Source of the DNA: a virus
Reading direction: 5' to 3' (one strand)
Virus record (IMG/VR): IMGVR_UViG_3300027763_000026
Length of the DNA: 64,000 nt
The notes beneath the pieces were generated by a model. The model had not been told where the DNA came from. It saw only the letters and a program-made list of their open reading frames with translations, and ran no database searches. A program made the position numbers and the translations under genes. Every line of letters starts with the position of its first letter. Position 1 is the first letter of the stretch. Below are positions 26,107 to 42,506 of the stretch, piece after piece.

Positions 26107-28017
26107 ATGAAGAAAAAAAAGATACTATATCAATCTGATTTTGCTTTAGCGAAAACTGGATTCGCTAAAATTGCTAAAAATTTATTAACGTATTTGTATA
26201 ATACTGGCAAATATGAAGTTGTACAATATTGCTGTGGTTTACAGTACTCTAATCCAGAACTCAAGAGGACTCCCTGGAAATCAATCGGGGCTCTTCCAGA
26301 TAGTTCGCAAGAAATGCAAGAGTTAAATAAAGACCCTAATAACGCTAGATTAGCTAGTTATGGAGCTTATCTTTTGGACAGGGTCATTAACGAAGAAAAA
26401 CCAGATGTATATATCGCTGCGCAAGATATTTGGGGAATAGATTTTGCAATAGAGAAAAAATGGTTTGATAAAATCGGTTCGATTTTATGGACCACTTTAG
26501 ATTCCTTACCGATTCTACCTACCGCGCTTCAAAAAGCTCCGAAGATTAAAAACTATTGGATATGGAGTGATTTTGCTACAAAAGAATTAAATAGATTAGG
26601 GCATCCACATGTAAAGACTGTGCATGGGCCACTTGATACAAGTCATTTTTTTAAACTAGAAGACTGTAAAAGAAAAGCGCTTAGGAAAAAATTCAATATA
26701 GAAGAAGACGCATTTATAGTTGGATTTGTATTTAGAAATCAATTGAGGAAAAGTGTTCCGAATTTGTTAGAAGGTTACGCTTTATGGAAAAAAGAAAATC
26801 CGCAGGTGAAAAGTTATTTACTTTTGCACACTCATTGGGGTGAAGGATGGAATATTCATAAATTGGCAGATGAGTATGGAATAGACAAAAGAGAAATTTT
26901 AACAACATATATTTGTAAAAAATGCTCACAATACGAAGTAAAACCTTTCTACGGCCATGACTTGAATTGCAGATTTTGTGGTTCAGAGAAGTCTCAAGTG
27001 ACTTCAAATGTATCAATTGGTGTTGATGAAAGTCAACTAAATGAAATATATAATTTAATGGACGTGTACTGCCATCCATTTACTAGCGGGGGACAAGAGA
27101 TACCAATTCAAGAGGCTAAATTAGCAGAACTAATTACATTAGTAACGAATTATAGCTGTGGAGAAGATCTGTGCGTGGATGATGCAGGGACGCTCTCATT
27201 GGAGTGGTTTGAATATAGAGAGCATGGAACAGAATTTAAAAAAGCTTCAACTGATCCAATTTCAATTGCAAAAAACTTAAATAAAGCTTTTAAAATGACT
27301 CCTGAAGAAAGAGCTCTACTTGGTAAAAAAGCTAGAGAATGGACCATTGAAAATTATTCCATAGAAAAGATAGGTAAAATTTTTGAATCATTTATAGACA
27401 ATACCCCAGAAGCAGATTTTGGTTCAATAGAAAAAGAAGAACTTAGAGACCCATTTTGTCAGATACCAACAATTGAGGATAATTCCGAGTGGTTAGTTTT
27501 TATGTATCATAATATTTTGAAAATGAAAAATGTTGATGCAAAAGACAGTGGTCATCAATATTGGATGCAAGAATTAGAAAAAGGTACAAAAAGGCAAGAC
27601 ATAGAAAATTATTTTAGGCAGGTGGCCACGAAAGAGAACCAGCAAATGAAAAAAGTTGACTTTCAAGAGCTTTTAGATAAAGATGACGAAGGCAAAAGAA
27701 TGGTTTACGTAATTCCAGAATCAGCAGAAGATGTTTTCTTGTCCACCAGTCTTTTTAAAAATCTTAAAAAACAATATCCGAATTATAAGTTGTATGTAGC
27801 GACGAAAGAAGAGTACTTTTCTATATTAAAGGGTAATAAATATGTTGATAAAATCATACAATATTTTCCTCAGATGGATCAATTATTTTGGTTAGAAGGT
27901 ATTGGAGAACATAAAGGCTTTTTTGAAATAGCATTTTTACCTTACTTAGGAACGCAAAGAATAATGGACTATAGCCATAACGGTAAAACAAAAATAGAAT
28001 TCGCACTAAATAATTAG
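26107..28017 (+). CDS. Multidomain glycosyltransferase: GT4 (GT-B) with CxxC...CxxC insert, DUF4214-like helical domain and GT9-like N-half
   Basis: KTGFAK, FIVGFVFRNQLRKSVP, IYNLMDVYCHPFTSGGQEIPIQEAKL (GT4); CKKC/CRFC; YHNIL...SGHQYWMQEL; EDVFLSTSLFKNLKKQYPNYKLYVAT...GNKYVDKI. Confidence 0.75.
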   Translation: MKKKKILYQSDFALAKTGFAKIAKNLLTYLYNTGKYEVVQYCCGLQYSNPELKRTPWKSIGALPDSSQEMQELNKDPNNARLASYGAYLLDRVINEEKPDVYIAAQDIWGIDFAIEKKWFDKIGSILWTTLDSLPILPTALQKAPKIKNYWIWSDFATKELNRLGHPHVKTVHGPLDTSHFFKLEDCKRKALRKKFNIEEDAFIVGFVFRNQLRKSVPNLLEGYALWKKENPQVKSYLLLHTHWGEGWNIHKLADEYGIDKREILTTYICKKCSQYEVKPFYGHDLNCRFCGSEKSQVTSNVSIGVDESQLNEIYNLMDVYCHPFTSGGQEIPIQEAKLAELITLVTNYSCGEDLCVDDAGTLSLEWFEYREHGTEFKKASTDPISIAKNLNKAFKMTPEERALLGKKAREWTIENYSIEKIGKIFESFIDNTPEADFGSIEKEELRDPFCQIPTIEDNSEWLVFMYHNILKMKNVDAKDSGHQYWMQELEKGTKRQDIENYFRQVATKENQQMKKVDFQELLDKDDEGKRMVYVIPESAEDVFLSTSLFKNLKKQYPNYKLYVATKEEYFSILKGNKYVDKIIQYFPQMDQLFWLEGIGEHKGFFEIAFLPYLGTQRIMDYSHNGKTKIEFALNN

Positions 28018-28028
28018 TAAGATTAATT

Positions 28029-29183
28029 ATGCATTTAATAGAAAGATACGCTACTTCGTGCGGAATAAAAATAAATAAACCAGACATTTATCAAAAATAC
28101 CTGCCAATTCCTTACGAGAAATATATAGTATTTTATCCACAAAATATAAAAAATGCAGCCGAATACGCTCATTGGCAAATAGTTATTGATACCGTTTCTC
28201 AGTTTTTAACTCCTCAAAAGATTTACATACTCCAAATTGGAAATAAAGATTCCAAGAAATACACTAACTGCGCTTTTTTAGACGAAGCATCGGTTGATTT
28301 CCAAAACATGGCTTATATCATTAAAAATTCCGAACTGGTCTTAGGCGTAGATTCTATTAATAATCATATAGCCTCATCTTTTAATAAAAAAATAGTTGCG
28401 CTTTATTATAATATTAATTTGCAAAACGTTAAACCATATTGGGGAGATGAATCCAACCAGAAGATACTGTACCCTAAAGTTTCAACAAAACCATTTTATG
28501 GGTCAAATAACATTCATAAATCTATTAATCTTATAAATCCAGAGGAAATATGCAAATCTATTCTGGCGCTATTGAATATAAAGTATAATCAAATGATTAA
28601 TACTCTTTTCATTGGTGAAAATTTCAATAATAGAACATTAGACGTAGTCCCAGATGGACCTATGGAGATACAGACGTTAAATATTCAAAATTTAATAGTA
28701 AGGATGGATTTAAAATTTGATGAGGATATATTAAATAATCTTTTAACTCATAAAAAATGCATTATAATAACTAAAAAACAAATCAGTATAGACTTAATAA
28801 ATCGACACAAACAAAACATATTGCAAATTGTCTATATATTAGACAAAGATAACGATTTTGAATTTGTAAGGTTTATTAAAGCAGCCAATATCCAGTACGT
28901 GTTACTGTCCGAAGAATCAGATGAGACGATTAATAATTTTAAATTAAAATATATGGACTACGGTTTAATACATAAAAAAAATAAAAATGTAAAGAATTTC
29001 ACGCTTCCGAAAGATAAAAAAGCATTCTTTAGGTGCTCTAAACTTTATTTTTCATCCAAAGGAGTATTTAATGGTAAATATGCATGGCTGAATGATATAA
29101 AAAATTCACAAGATGTAACTGATGATAAAGTATTTTGGGAGGATATGCAGGATTTTCATATTTTCACTATTGACAATTTATAA
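28029..29183 (+). CDS. GT9-like (heptosyltransferase) C-half plus unknown C-terminal domain
   Basis: YIVFYP...YAHWQIVI...ILQIG...MAYIIKNSELVLGVDSINNHIASSFNKKIVALY. Confidence 0.65.
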   Translation: MHLIERYATSCGIKINKPDIYQKYLPIPYEKYIVFYPQNIKNAAEYAHWQIVIDTVSQFLTPQKIYILQIGNKDSKKYTNCAFLDEASVDFQNMAYIIKNSELVLGVDSINNHIASSFNKKIVALYYNINLQNVKPYWGDESNQKILYPKVSTKPFYGSNNIHKSINLINPEEICKSILALLNIKYNQMINTLFIGENFNNRTLDVVPDGPMEIQTLNIQNLIVRMDLKFDEDILNNLLTHKKCIIITKKQISIDLINRHKQNILQIVYILDKDNDFEFVRFIKAANIQYVLLSEESDETINNFKLKYMDYGLIHKKNKNVKNFTLPKDKKAFFRCSKLYFSSKGVFNGKYAWLNDIKNSQDVTDDKVFWEDMQDFHIFTIDNL

Positions 29184-29198
29184 TATAGCTGGTACACT
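29170..29198 (+). promoter_or_regulatory. Sigma70-like promoter
   Basis: TTGACA-17nt-TACACT with TGn; ATG 6 nt downstream. Confidence 0.75.
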
Positions 29199-29204
29199 TA
29201 TAGG

Positions 29205-30002
29205 ATGAGTCAAAAAATCAAAGACAACGAAGAAACTGTTTCAATTGGTAGTCAAACCCTTAAGGATGTTAATTTTAAATTAAATTCAATTATACCTAAA
29301 GTAGTACCTCCAAATATTATTACTAGGAACCAATACGGTCTTGTAGATGACTCTAATTTAAATTACGTCTTTAACGAGGACGGCTCAATCAACTGGCGTA
29401 AAATGGTAAAGATAGAGTACCTTGTGCCAAATCGTCAGAAAACACAAGAAACAGATGTATCAAAAATGGAAGATAAAGATCTTCTTATACTTTTAGGCGG
29501 AATTAAGGAACTGGCCCAAATTCGTGGGTATACAAAAGTAGAGTATAATGTTATTTCCGCTAGCGAAACATACTTTGCGACAAGCTGCCGTATAACGTGG
29601 ATTCCAAATTATGAAACAGATGGTAGAGAAATCGTATTCGAAGCTCTCGCTGATGCAACATATAATAATACAAAATCTTTTGCTAGATTTTTTCTAGCTG
29701 CAATCGCAGAAAATAGAGCCTTTGTGCGGTGCGTTCGCAATTTTCTTAAAATTAATATTGTGAGCCAAGAAGAGCTCGGAGATACTAAGCTTCTTAATGA
29801 GGCAATTAGCGTCAATGAGAGTCAAACTTCACCATATATTGTTTTAGAAAAAGTTATGAAGGATAAAGGCGTAACATTTGAAATCTTAAAAAATAAGTTG
29901 ATAAAAGAAAAGTTCGATAAGGCTGAGAGTTTAAACTCTGTTAATGATATTCCTAAAGTAAAAATATTTGAGCTTATAGAAAGAATTAAAAAATCTAAAT
30001 AA
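29205..30002 (+). CDS. Putative single-strand annealing protein (Rad52/Sak-like superfamily)
   Basis: LLGGIKELAQ...FEALADAT..N...AIAENRAFVRCVRNFL resembles recalled phage annealases (GDA.P.N...MAETRAKARALR); small helical C-terminal domain. Confidence 0.5.
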   Translation: MSQKIKDNEETVSIGSQTLKDVNFKLNSIIPKVVPPNIITRNQYGLVDDSNLNYVFNEDGSINWRKMVKIEYLVPNRQKTQETDVSKMEDKDLLILLGGIKELAQIRGYTKVEYNVISASETYFATSCRITWIPNYETDGREIVFEALADATYNNTKSFARFFLAAIAENRAFVRCVRNFLKINIVSQEELGDTKLLNEAISVNESQTSPYIVLEKVMKDKGVTFEILKNKLIKEKFDKAESLNSVNDIPKVKIFELIERIKKSK

Positions 30003-31427
30003 TTAACCCGCTGGGCCAGATACATCAGACCCAACAACAGGATTGTTAGTAGTGTCATTTTTGTTATAAGGATTCAAAAATCCACTTATACCATGAATTC
30101 TCATTCTTGCTCGATATCCATAAGTAACATCACCAAAGAAAAGATATTTAGCTGCACCCTCTAAATAACCTAGTGGGCCAGGAGAACCTTGATTTAAAAC
30201 TGGGTCATTTCCCAAAATAATTCCTATTAGACCGTTTTGGCCAACCCCTCCTGGGTTAATTGATGCTGATGGAGGGGTGCCTTGATCTCCAACCTGGCCC
30301 TGAAAACCAATAGCGTTTGGATATGGACCTGGATTCTGAATCCCTTGTGATCCTATAGACCCTCGTTGAGAAGCTGAATCGGGTGCAGTAGCTCCTTTTG
30401 CCCCAACAGGTCCTGCTATGAGATTTATGTTTATACTTGAAGATGGGCCTTGATCTCCCGCACTACCATTTGCAAAAGATGCTTGCCCGCCCAATCCAAT
30501 AGTTCCAGCTGCTCCTGGAGAAGTTGATTCTAAACCATTAGAACCATTATCTCCTCGTACACTTTCACCTTCTAAGCCTACAGATGCAATTGCTGTAGAA
30601 GGATTTCCTTGTAGTCCGATTTGACCAAAAGAACCTCCTTCGCTAGAACCATCCCCATTGACCCCTTGAGAACCTTTCACAGCTGCACCTTCTAAACCTT
30701 TAAATCCGCCATCTCCTCGTACACTTTCACCTTCTAAGCCTACGGGCCCAGAGCCAATATATCTAATTCCATCTAGACCTATACTTCCATTTCCGCCTAT
30801 TACGCTTGTTCCTCCTAAACCTATTGAACCACCTCCACCGCCTACACCGCCTACACCACCTCCACCGCCTGCACCACCTCCACCACCCTCACCAAATTCC
30901 CCAGAACCACAACATTTTAATAATATTTCTTTTGTTGATAGAATTTTTATACAAGTTTGTTCTGTTTCATTTGGATTAAATTTTATGCATCTAAATTTTG
31001 CTTCTTTACCATTTGGTATGTCTGATGTATTTATTAATATATCTTTTGTATTAGAATTTAATAAATTTATATTGCTTCTACTAAAGTCTGTGTGTAGATT
31101 AATTTCATTAAATATTCCATTGTTAGCATTTAATAAATTTAAATCTAAATATTGATTAGAAGAGTTAAGTTCAATAGAGAATTCATTTCCTGGAGTTGTA
31201 GTTTTTTGAGCAAAATAATTGTTATTATAATCTGTAAATATTTTTGTATTATTGAAAGACCCATTTATTCCAGTATCTATTGGCAAATTAGAATTAAAAT
31301 TTATTTGATTTACGGCACATTGATCTAGTTTACTATTGATATATAAACTGTGAAGATTAGAGCCAGTTATATATCTATCCCAGCATATCCCCCCAAGATC
31401 TTGGATTTGTTTTAAAACATTTGGCAT
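30003..31427 (-). CDS. Gly-rich/collagen-like virion fibre protein
   Basis: Likely start 31427 (MPNVLKQ). N-domain paralogous to the next gene; polyGly then Gly-X-Y-like repeats. Confidence 0.7.
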   Translation of the reverse strand: MPNVLKQIQDLGGICWDRYITGSNLHSLYINSKLDQCAVNQINFNSNLPIDTGINGSFNNTKIFTDYNNNYFAQKTTTPGNEFSIELNSSNQYLDLNLLNANNGIFNEINLHTDFSRSNINLLNSNTKDILINTSDIPNGKEAKFRCIKFNPNETEQTCIKILSTKEILLKCCGSGEFGEGGGGGAGGGGGVGGVGGGGGSIGLGGTSVIGGNGSIGLDGIRYIGSGPVGLEGESVRGDGGFKGLEGAAVKGSQGVNGDGSSEGGSFGQIGLQGNPSTAIASVGLEGESVRGDNGSNGLESTSPGAAGTIGLGGQASFANGSAGDQGPSSSININLIAGPVGAKGATAPDSASQRGSIGSQGIQNPGPYPNAIGFQGQVGDQGTPPSASINPGGVGQNGLIGIILGNDPVLNQGSPGPLGYLEGAAKYLFFGDVTYGYRARMRIHGISGFLNPYNKNDTTNNPVVGSDVSGPAG

Positions 31428-31429
31428 GA

Positions 31430-37589
<6,160 letters not shown>

Positions 37590-37590
37590 A

Positions 37591-40251
37591 TTAACCTATA
37601 AAAACCGTAAAATTGTTTGGAAAATTTGCATTTATTCCAGTAGATATTACAGGTATTTTAACTCCAGTAACTAAATTATTAATTAAATTCTTCCCAGTTA
37701 TATAAAGATTACCAGACATAGCATAGTTATCATAAAAATTTGTTTTTTCTATTGATATGTTTATTTGATTTATATTTGATGGTACATTAGATCCAGAAGC
37801 GTATTTACCATTAGTTGTATAACTACCACTTCTAAAATTTATGTTTCCAGTAGGAATTAAATTGCCAGAAGAGTCTAAATAGCAATATCCAGTAATAATA
37901 TTAAATGTTCCAGTAAATGTTTTTTGGTAAGTTATATCTGTTGTGCCAGTTAATAATAAATTATAATTTCCGCTGCCTATTCCTGTTGCAATTACTGAAC
38001 TGACATAACCCGTATGAATATAACCATTGATATTTTGAGTGATATAGTCTTCATAAGGCAATAGGCCATTCTCTACAAATCCAGAAACTTGACCAGTTAT
38101 AGTTTTATAAGATATATCATCTAAAATCATAGAGACTTTATTAACATCTGGTGATGAAATTATATATCTATTTCCATTTCTATTAAATGAACAATAACCA
38201 TTTGACATCGCTTCACTATTTTCAGTTCCGCTAAATTCTAAAATTTTTTTCCAATTATTACCATATCCAGTATAAATCCAAGCTTTACCAGAATTATTAT
38301 TTGTATTGTTACTTGTTAATAAAATTTTATTTCCGATTGAATTTATTGCAAGCCCGCCACCTACCCCATATCCTTCACCAGTAAATGTATTTGCTAAATT
38401 CCAATCTTGACTATTTCCTGTAAATAAATAAGTATGTCCGAGGCTACCATCACCATAAGAAGAAGCTAAAATTATAGAATTTCCATCTCCATTTATACCA
38501 ATTCTTGAAGGGAATTGTTTATTACTTCCAACTGGATAAATTTTTTTACATAAGTTCCAATTATTTCCATTACCAGTAAATATATATGCTAATCCAGAAC
38601 CATAAAGCCTTTCACCAATTACAATTACATTACCAGATTCATTTATAGCTACACCTTGACCAAAATAACCATTTGTATTGTCCCCAGTTAATTTTTGTTT
38701 TAATGCATAATTTAAATTATTTCCAGTAAATATCCACGCTGCTCCTTTACTGTTGCTATCAAGCGCTGCACCAACTAAAGCTATATTTCCAGATTTATTT
38801 AAAGCAACGCTAGTACCAAAATATGAACCACTTGCTCCAGTTAGTTTTTGGTAATTCCAATTATTTCCAAATCCAGTATAAATATATGCTGCGCCACTAC
38901 CATTACCAGCATTTTGAGCGCCAATTATAATTCTATTACCAATATCATTTAATGATAGTGATCTGCCAAAATTACTATTATTGTAAAAACTAGGAGATAT
39001 TGATCCAATTTGATTCCAAGTATTATTGAATCCACTAAAAATATAAACCTTATCTTGTTCATAACCTTGCCCACCAATAGCAGCAATATTACCTTCGCTA
39101 TTTAATTCGGGAGAAAAACCAAAACTAAAAGGGCCAGGTTTTAATACTTGTAATGAATATCCTTCTCCAGAGCCAATCATCGCGATTTGATTAGTTAAAA
39201 AACCATTCAAGTAAATAAATTGGGTTACATCAGAATATATTTCTCCAGTTACGATACTGTTATTTAATAAATTTATACCACTTCCTGTTGCAAAAAATGA
39301 TTTAGATAAATATCCAGATCCACTTATAAACCCTGTTAAAGTAGCATTAACTCCAGTACGAATATTTATTTCTTGTGAAACGAGGCCAGTGTATCCAGAA
39401 GCATATTCAAAAATAAATGATAAGTCTTTGCTGATAGCATTTGCGCCAGTTTCATTTCCTAAAGCAAAATCAATGCTCAAAACATAAGAATCAATATTTA
39501 TTTCCGCAGGTTGAGTAAAAAATGTTTCTGAAGTCTTATTTACATTAAAATAATTTACATAACCAGTCGTAAGATATTGGCTATTTAATTGAAATGCCCC
39601 AGATATTTTACCAAAATTAGTATATAATCCGAAAATAAAATCGCCAGTTTTATCTAAGTATAACTGTTTTGTTGTCTCAAAATCTGGAGTCACTATAATA
39701 TTATATTTTTGGCCAGAGATATTCTGATTAAAAGAAGGAATTGTATTTATACTAAAGCTAGAATTAGCTGGAGAGATTATTTCACCACTATAAATTTTAA
39801 AATTTAAATTTTGATCGCCACTAATAGACCCAGTTATATTTTCTCTTACATAATAAAAATTATTAAAATTTAGTTTATAATTTGGTCTATCTCCATTTAT
39901 ATAAATCTCTGTTGACCCCGTGCATCCAGAAGTATTCAAATAAAATTTGTTAAATTTTCCATAACTTTTTGAGCTTATATTAGATAAATAATAATCGTTA
40001 ATATAGTAATCATACCCACTAGAATTTATATTTCCAGACAGCTTTATATTTTGATTTGGGTTGTAAGTATAAATTAATTTGTTTTCTGGATCAAATATTT
40101 TGCCATTTGTAAATTTGAAATTAACATTTTCATTAACGCCAGTAAAACCTAAATTGCATAAACCATTAATATTATCTAAAGAGATATCAACAAGAAAAGA
40201 AGCATCGGTTTGTTGGCTAATTGATAAAGTATTATTTCCAGAAAATTTCAT
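37591..40251 (-). CDS. Tail/baseplate-associated protein with 7 FG-GAP-like blades
   Basis: Seven diverged FGxSxxLNxxGNxxxIGA...AYIFTG.GNNW repeats (about 38120-39130) inside an [S/T]G-rich scaffold. Confidence 0.7.
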   Translation of the reverse strand: MKFSGNNTLSISQQTDASFLVDISLDNINGLCNLGFTGVNENVNFKFTNGKIFDPENKLIYTYNPNQNIKLSGNINSSGYDYYINDYYLSNISSKSYGKFNKFYLNTSGCTGSTEIYINGDRPNYKLNFNNFYYVRENITGSISGDQNLNFKIYSGEIISPANSSFSINTIPSFNQNISGQKYNIIVTPDFETTKQLYLDKTGDFIFGLYTNFGKISGAFQLNSQYLTTGYVNYFNVNKTSETFFTQPAEINIDSYVLSIDFALGNETGANAISKDLSFIFEYASGYTGLVSQEINIRTGVNATLTGFISGSGYLSKSFFATGSGINLLNNSIVTGEIYSDVTQFIYLNGFLTNQIAMIGSGEGYSLQVLKPGPFSFGFSPELNSEGNIAAIGGQGYEQDKVYIFSGFNNTWNQIGSISPSFYNNSNFGRSLSLNDIGNRIIIGAQNAGNGSGAAYIYTGFGNNWNYQKLTGASGSYFGTSVALNKSGNIALVGAALDSNSKGAAWIFTGNNLNYALKQKLTGDNTNGYFGQGVAINESGNVIVIGERLYGSGLAYIFTGNGNNWNLCKKIYPVGSNKQFPSRIGINGDGNSIILASSYGDGSLGHTYLFTGNSQDWNLANTFTGEGYGVGGGLAINSIGNKILLTSNNTNNNSGKAWIYTGYGNNWKKILEFSGTENSEAMSNGYCSFNRNGNRYIISSPDVNKVSMILDDISYKTITGQVSGFVENGLLPYEDYITQNINGYIHTGYVSSVIATGIGSGNYNLLLTGTTDITYQKTFTGTFNIITGYCYLDSSGNLIPTGNINFRSGSYTTNGKYASGSNVPSNINQINISIEKTNFYDNYAMSGNLYITGKNLINNLVTGVKIPVISTGINANFPNNFTVFIG

Positions 40252-40253
40252 AG

Positions 40254-42476
40254 TTAATTTCTTATACTGACTTTATTTGGCCTTACTCTTTGCATAACTA
40301 GCTCTTGACTAGGAAGTTCTGGAGCTCTGCTTCTGTAACTTACATCTGCAAACGATCCATTTTCGTCAATATACATTGATAATGAGCTTAAGCCTTGACC
40401 TGGAGTTAATGGAAAATTATTCATATTTTTGATACCAATTATTTTTATATTTATGGTTTTTTGGGGATCAAGAACTACTTGCTTGATTGCTGCATTAATT
40501 TTTCCTCCAGAATTATCTTGAGCGTTCAAATTAGCTTTCATTGGTATTATGGATTGATCCCCTTCCATCGCGCCATTAAAATTGAATTCACTTTGGAAAG
40601 GTATACTGATTTCTGTATTTTTGGTTTCTATTCCATAAAAATATTCTCTTACGGGTAGCACTATTTTAACGCTGGAATCGATATATGATATAGTTATAGA
40701 GTTTGCATCTGCGGTTTTATGTCCAGGATTCGGAACTATAGTTGCTCCAGCGCCGCAACTAGTTTCATTTTTGCAAATTTCTTCTTCAGCCGAAGAGCTA
40801 CAAGGCCCATTACATGGATCTTGACTTGAATCTTCTGAAGTATTTCTATTTATATATAAGCCTTCTGAAATCCTAGGCTCGCAACCATTTTGAGAGTCCG
40901 TTAACCTTCCAAATTTTACGTCTAGAGGTATAGAATTAGGATTAGGAATCAGAGCTAAAAGAAGTCTGCCTTGCGCATAAAAAGACTCAATCTGTTGGCC
41001 TGCGCTTTCGCTTAAAGCGTTCAAAAGAGATAGTCTTACTTGCCCAGCATAATCCATATATACTGGAAAAAATATATCTAAATCGCCATAAAAAGATAAT
41101 TGATCTAAGCTCGGGCAATAAGTCGGTTCTTTTTCAATATAGTATGTTTTATTTCCATAGTAATTAAGATCTGGATCATACGTTGAATTAACTTTTATTT
41201 TTGATCCATCTTTAAAGCATTGATCAATATTCACTGGATTAGGCTCTCTGCTATAAAAATATCTTCCAAAATTGTTAAAAAAAGCTTCTTCTTGAGACTG
41301 CCAATAAGTTTCTAATTTTGAATCTTCTAAAAAAAATTGAAACACTGGTTTGGTTCCATACTCTTTAAATTTATTATGAAAGTCTACGTAGGTTTTTACA
41401 TCAAAACCTTGTGCAAAAACAGTGGTTGGATCTATTGAATAATTAAAATTAATTAAACCTATCCTTTCCCATAATCCTTTTTTCATAAAATAAAGTTTTC
41501 TAGCATTCGAATCAATTTTTCCTAAAATTGCACCAATCAATAATTGAGCTTGTGCGGCACTAAGGTCTGGGGGCGTTAAAGATCCTATTGTCGAAGTAAA
41601 TTTTAAAGAATTAGAGAAACTATAATTTGAATTTGTAAGCCCTCCTGGAGTAAAAGAGAACTCAGTAGAATAAGTTTCATAAGTGTTTTCTATCGTCTGC
41701 GACTCTGAATACGAAGCCAAGTATGGATTATTTTTTGATATGCTTGGCACGTCAATACCTTTTTGTAAATCATAAACTACTAGAGTATTCCTTGTCCAAT
41801 CAAAATAAAAATCCGCAGCAATATCTCTACAAATATTTGATAAAACTTCTCTTGCGGTCCCAGTATAATTAATCTTATAAGCAATATAAGGAGAGCTAAA
41901 TTCAATTCCAAATCCTGTTCTTTCTTTTAACGCACTTATAAAATTTCCGACAGTATACATAACCTCTGGAACATCACAACCATTTCCAGAAGGCTCTTCA
42001 CCACCCATGCATAATAAATTATTGCTAACTACATAACCATCGAATAATCCATCTCTAAATACAGTTCCTCTAACTTCCTTTACCTCTCCATTACATGGAC
42101 ATTTTGCATCTACGTCTATTAAGCGCCCAGTGGAAACAAAACCTTTAGTAGAGCAATGCCTTCTTATTAATCCTACGAATATTTTATCTAATAAATAAGA
42201 CTTATTAGTAAAAGAAAAATTATAAATATTTTGTCCTGGAGAAAAATTTTTTTCAGAACTAATTAAATAACAATCTAGAAAAGTCGTATTACCAATTTTT
42301 ATGCCACCAACTTTATCGCCAAGAGGCATGTCTGTTCCATCAACGACGCTTAAAGTTATTTTATCTAAATTTTGAGAATATCCAATATCAAATTTTATGT
42401 TATAAATGTACCCACCAGCAAATTTTCCTGGAAGATTACTACCAACGGTTACTTGTTCTATACTTTGCCTAGGCAT
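40254..42476 (-). CDS. Putative tail hub/baseplate protein
   Basis: Position in the tail module; two-beta-barrel-like start and YTGTAREVLSNICRDIAADFYFD segment typical of hub proteins. Confidence 0.5.
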   Translation of the reverse strand: MPRQSIEQVTVGSNLPGKFAGGYIYNIKFDIGYSQNLDKITLSVVDGTDMPLGDKVGGIKIGNTTFLDCYLISSEKNFSPGQNIYNFSFTNKSYLLDKIFVGLIRRHCSTKGFVSTGRLIDVDAKCPCNGEVKEVRGTVFRDGLFDGYVVSNNLLCMGGEEPSGNGCDVPEVMYTVGNFISALKERTGFGIEFSSPYIAYKINYTGTAREVLSNICRDIAADFYFDWTRNTLVVYDLQKGIDVPSISKNNPYLASYSESQTIENTYETYSTEFSFTPGGLTNSNYSFSNSLKFTSTIGSLTPPDLSAAQAQLLIGAILGKIDSNARKLYFMKKGLWERIGLINFNYSIDPTTVFAQGFDVKTYVDFHNKFKEYGTKPVFQFFLEDSKLETYWQSQEEAFFNNFGRYFYSREPNPVNIDQCFKDGSKIKVNSTYDPDLNYYGNKTYYIEKEPTYCPSLDQLSFYGDLDIFFPVYMDYAGQVRLSLLNALSESAGQQIESFYAQGRLLLALIPNPNSIPLDVKFGRLTDSQNGCEPRISEGLYINRNTSEDSSQDPCNGPCSSSAEEEICKNETSCGAGATIVPNPGHKTADANSITISYIDSSVKIVLPVREYFYGIETKNTEISIPFQSEFNFNGAMEGDQSIIPMKANLNAQDNSGGKINAAIKQVVLDPQKTINIKIIGIKNMNNFPLTPGQGLSSLSMYIDENGSFADVSYRSRAPELPSQELVMQRVRPNKVSIRN

Positions 42477-42495
42477 ACCTTATTCCTTCGTTAAT

Positions 42496-42502
42496 TTACA
42501 CT
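42496..42502 (-). promoter_or_regulatory. AGTGTAA motif
   Basis: 19 nt upstream of ATG 42476, with AAGGA between. Confidence 0.55.
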
Positions 42503-42506
42503 AAAA

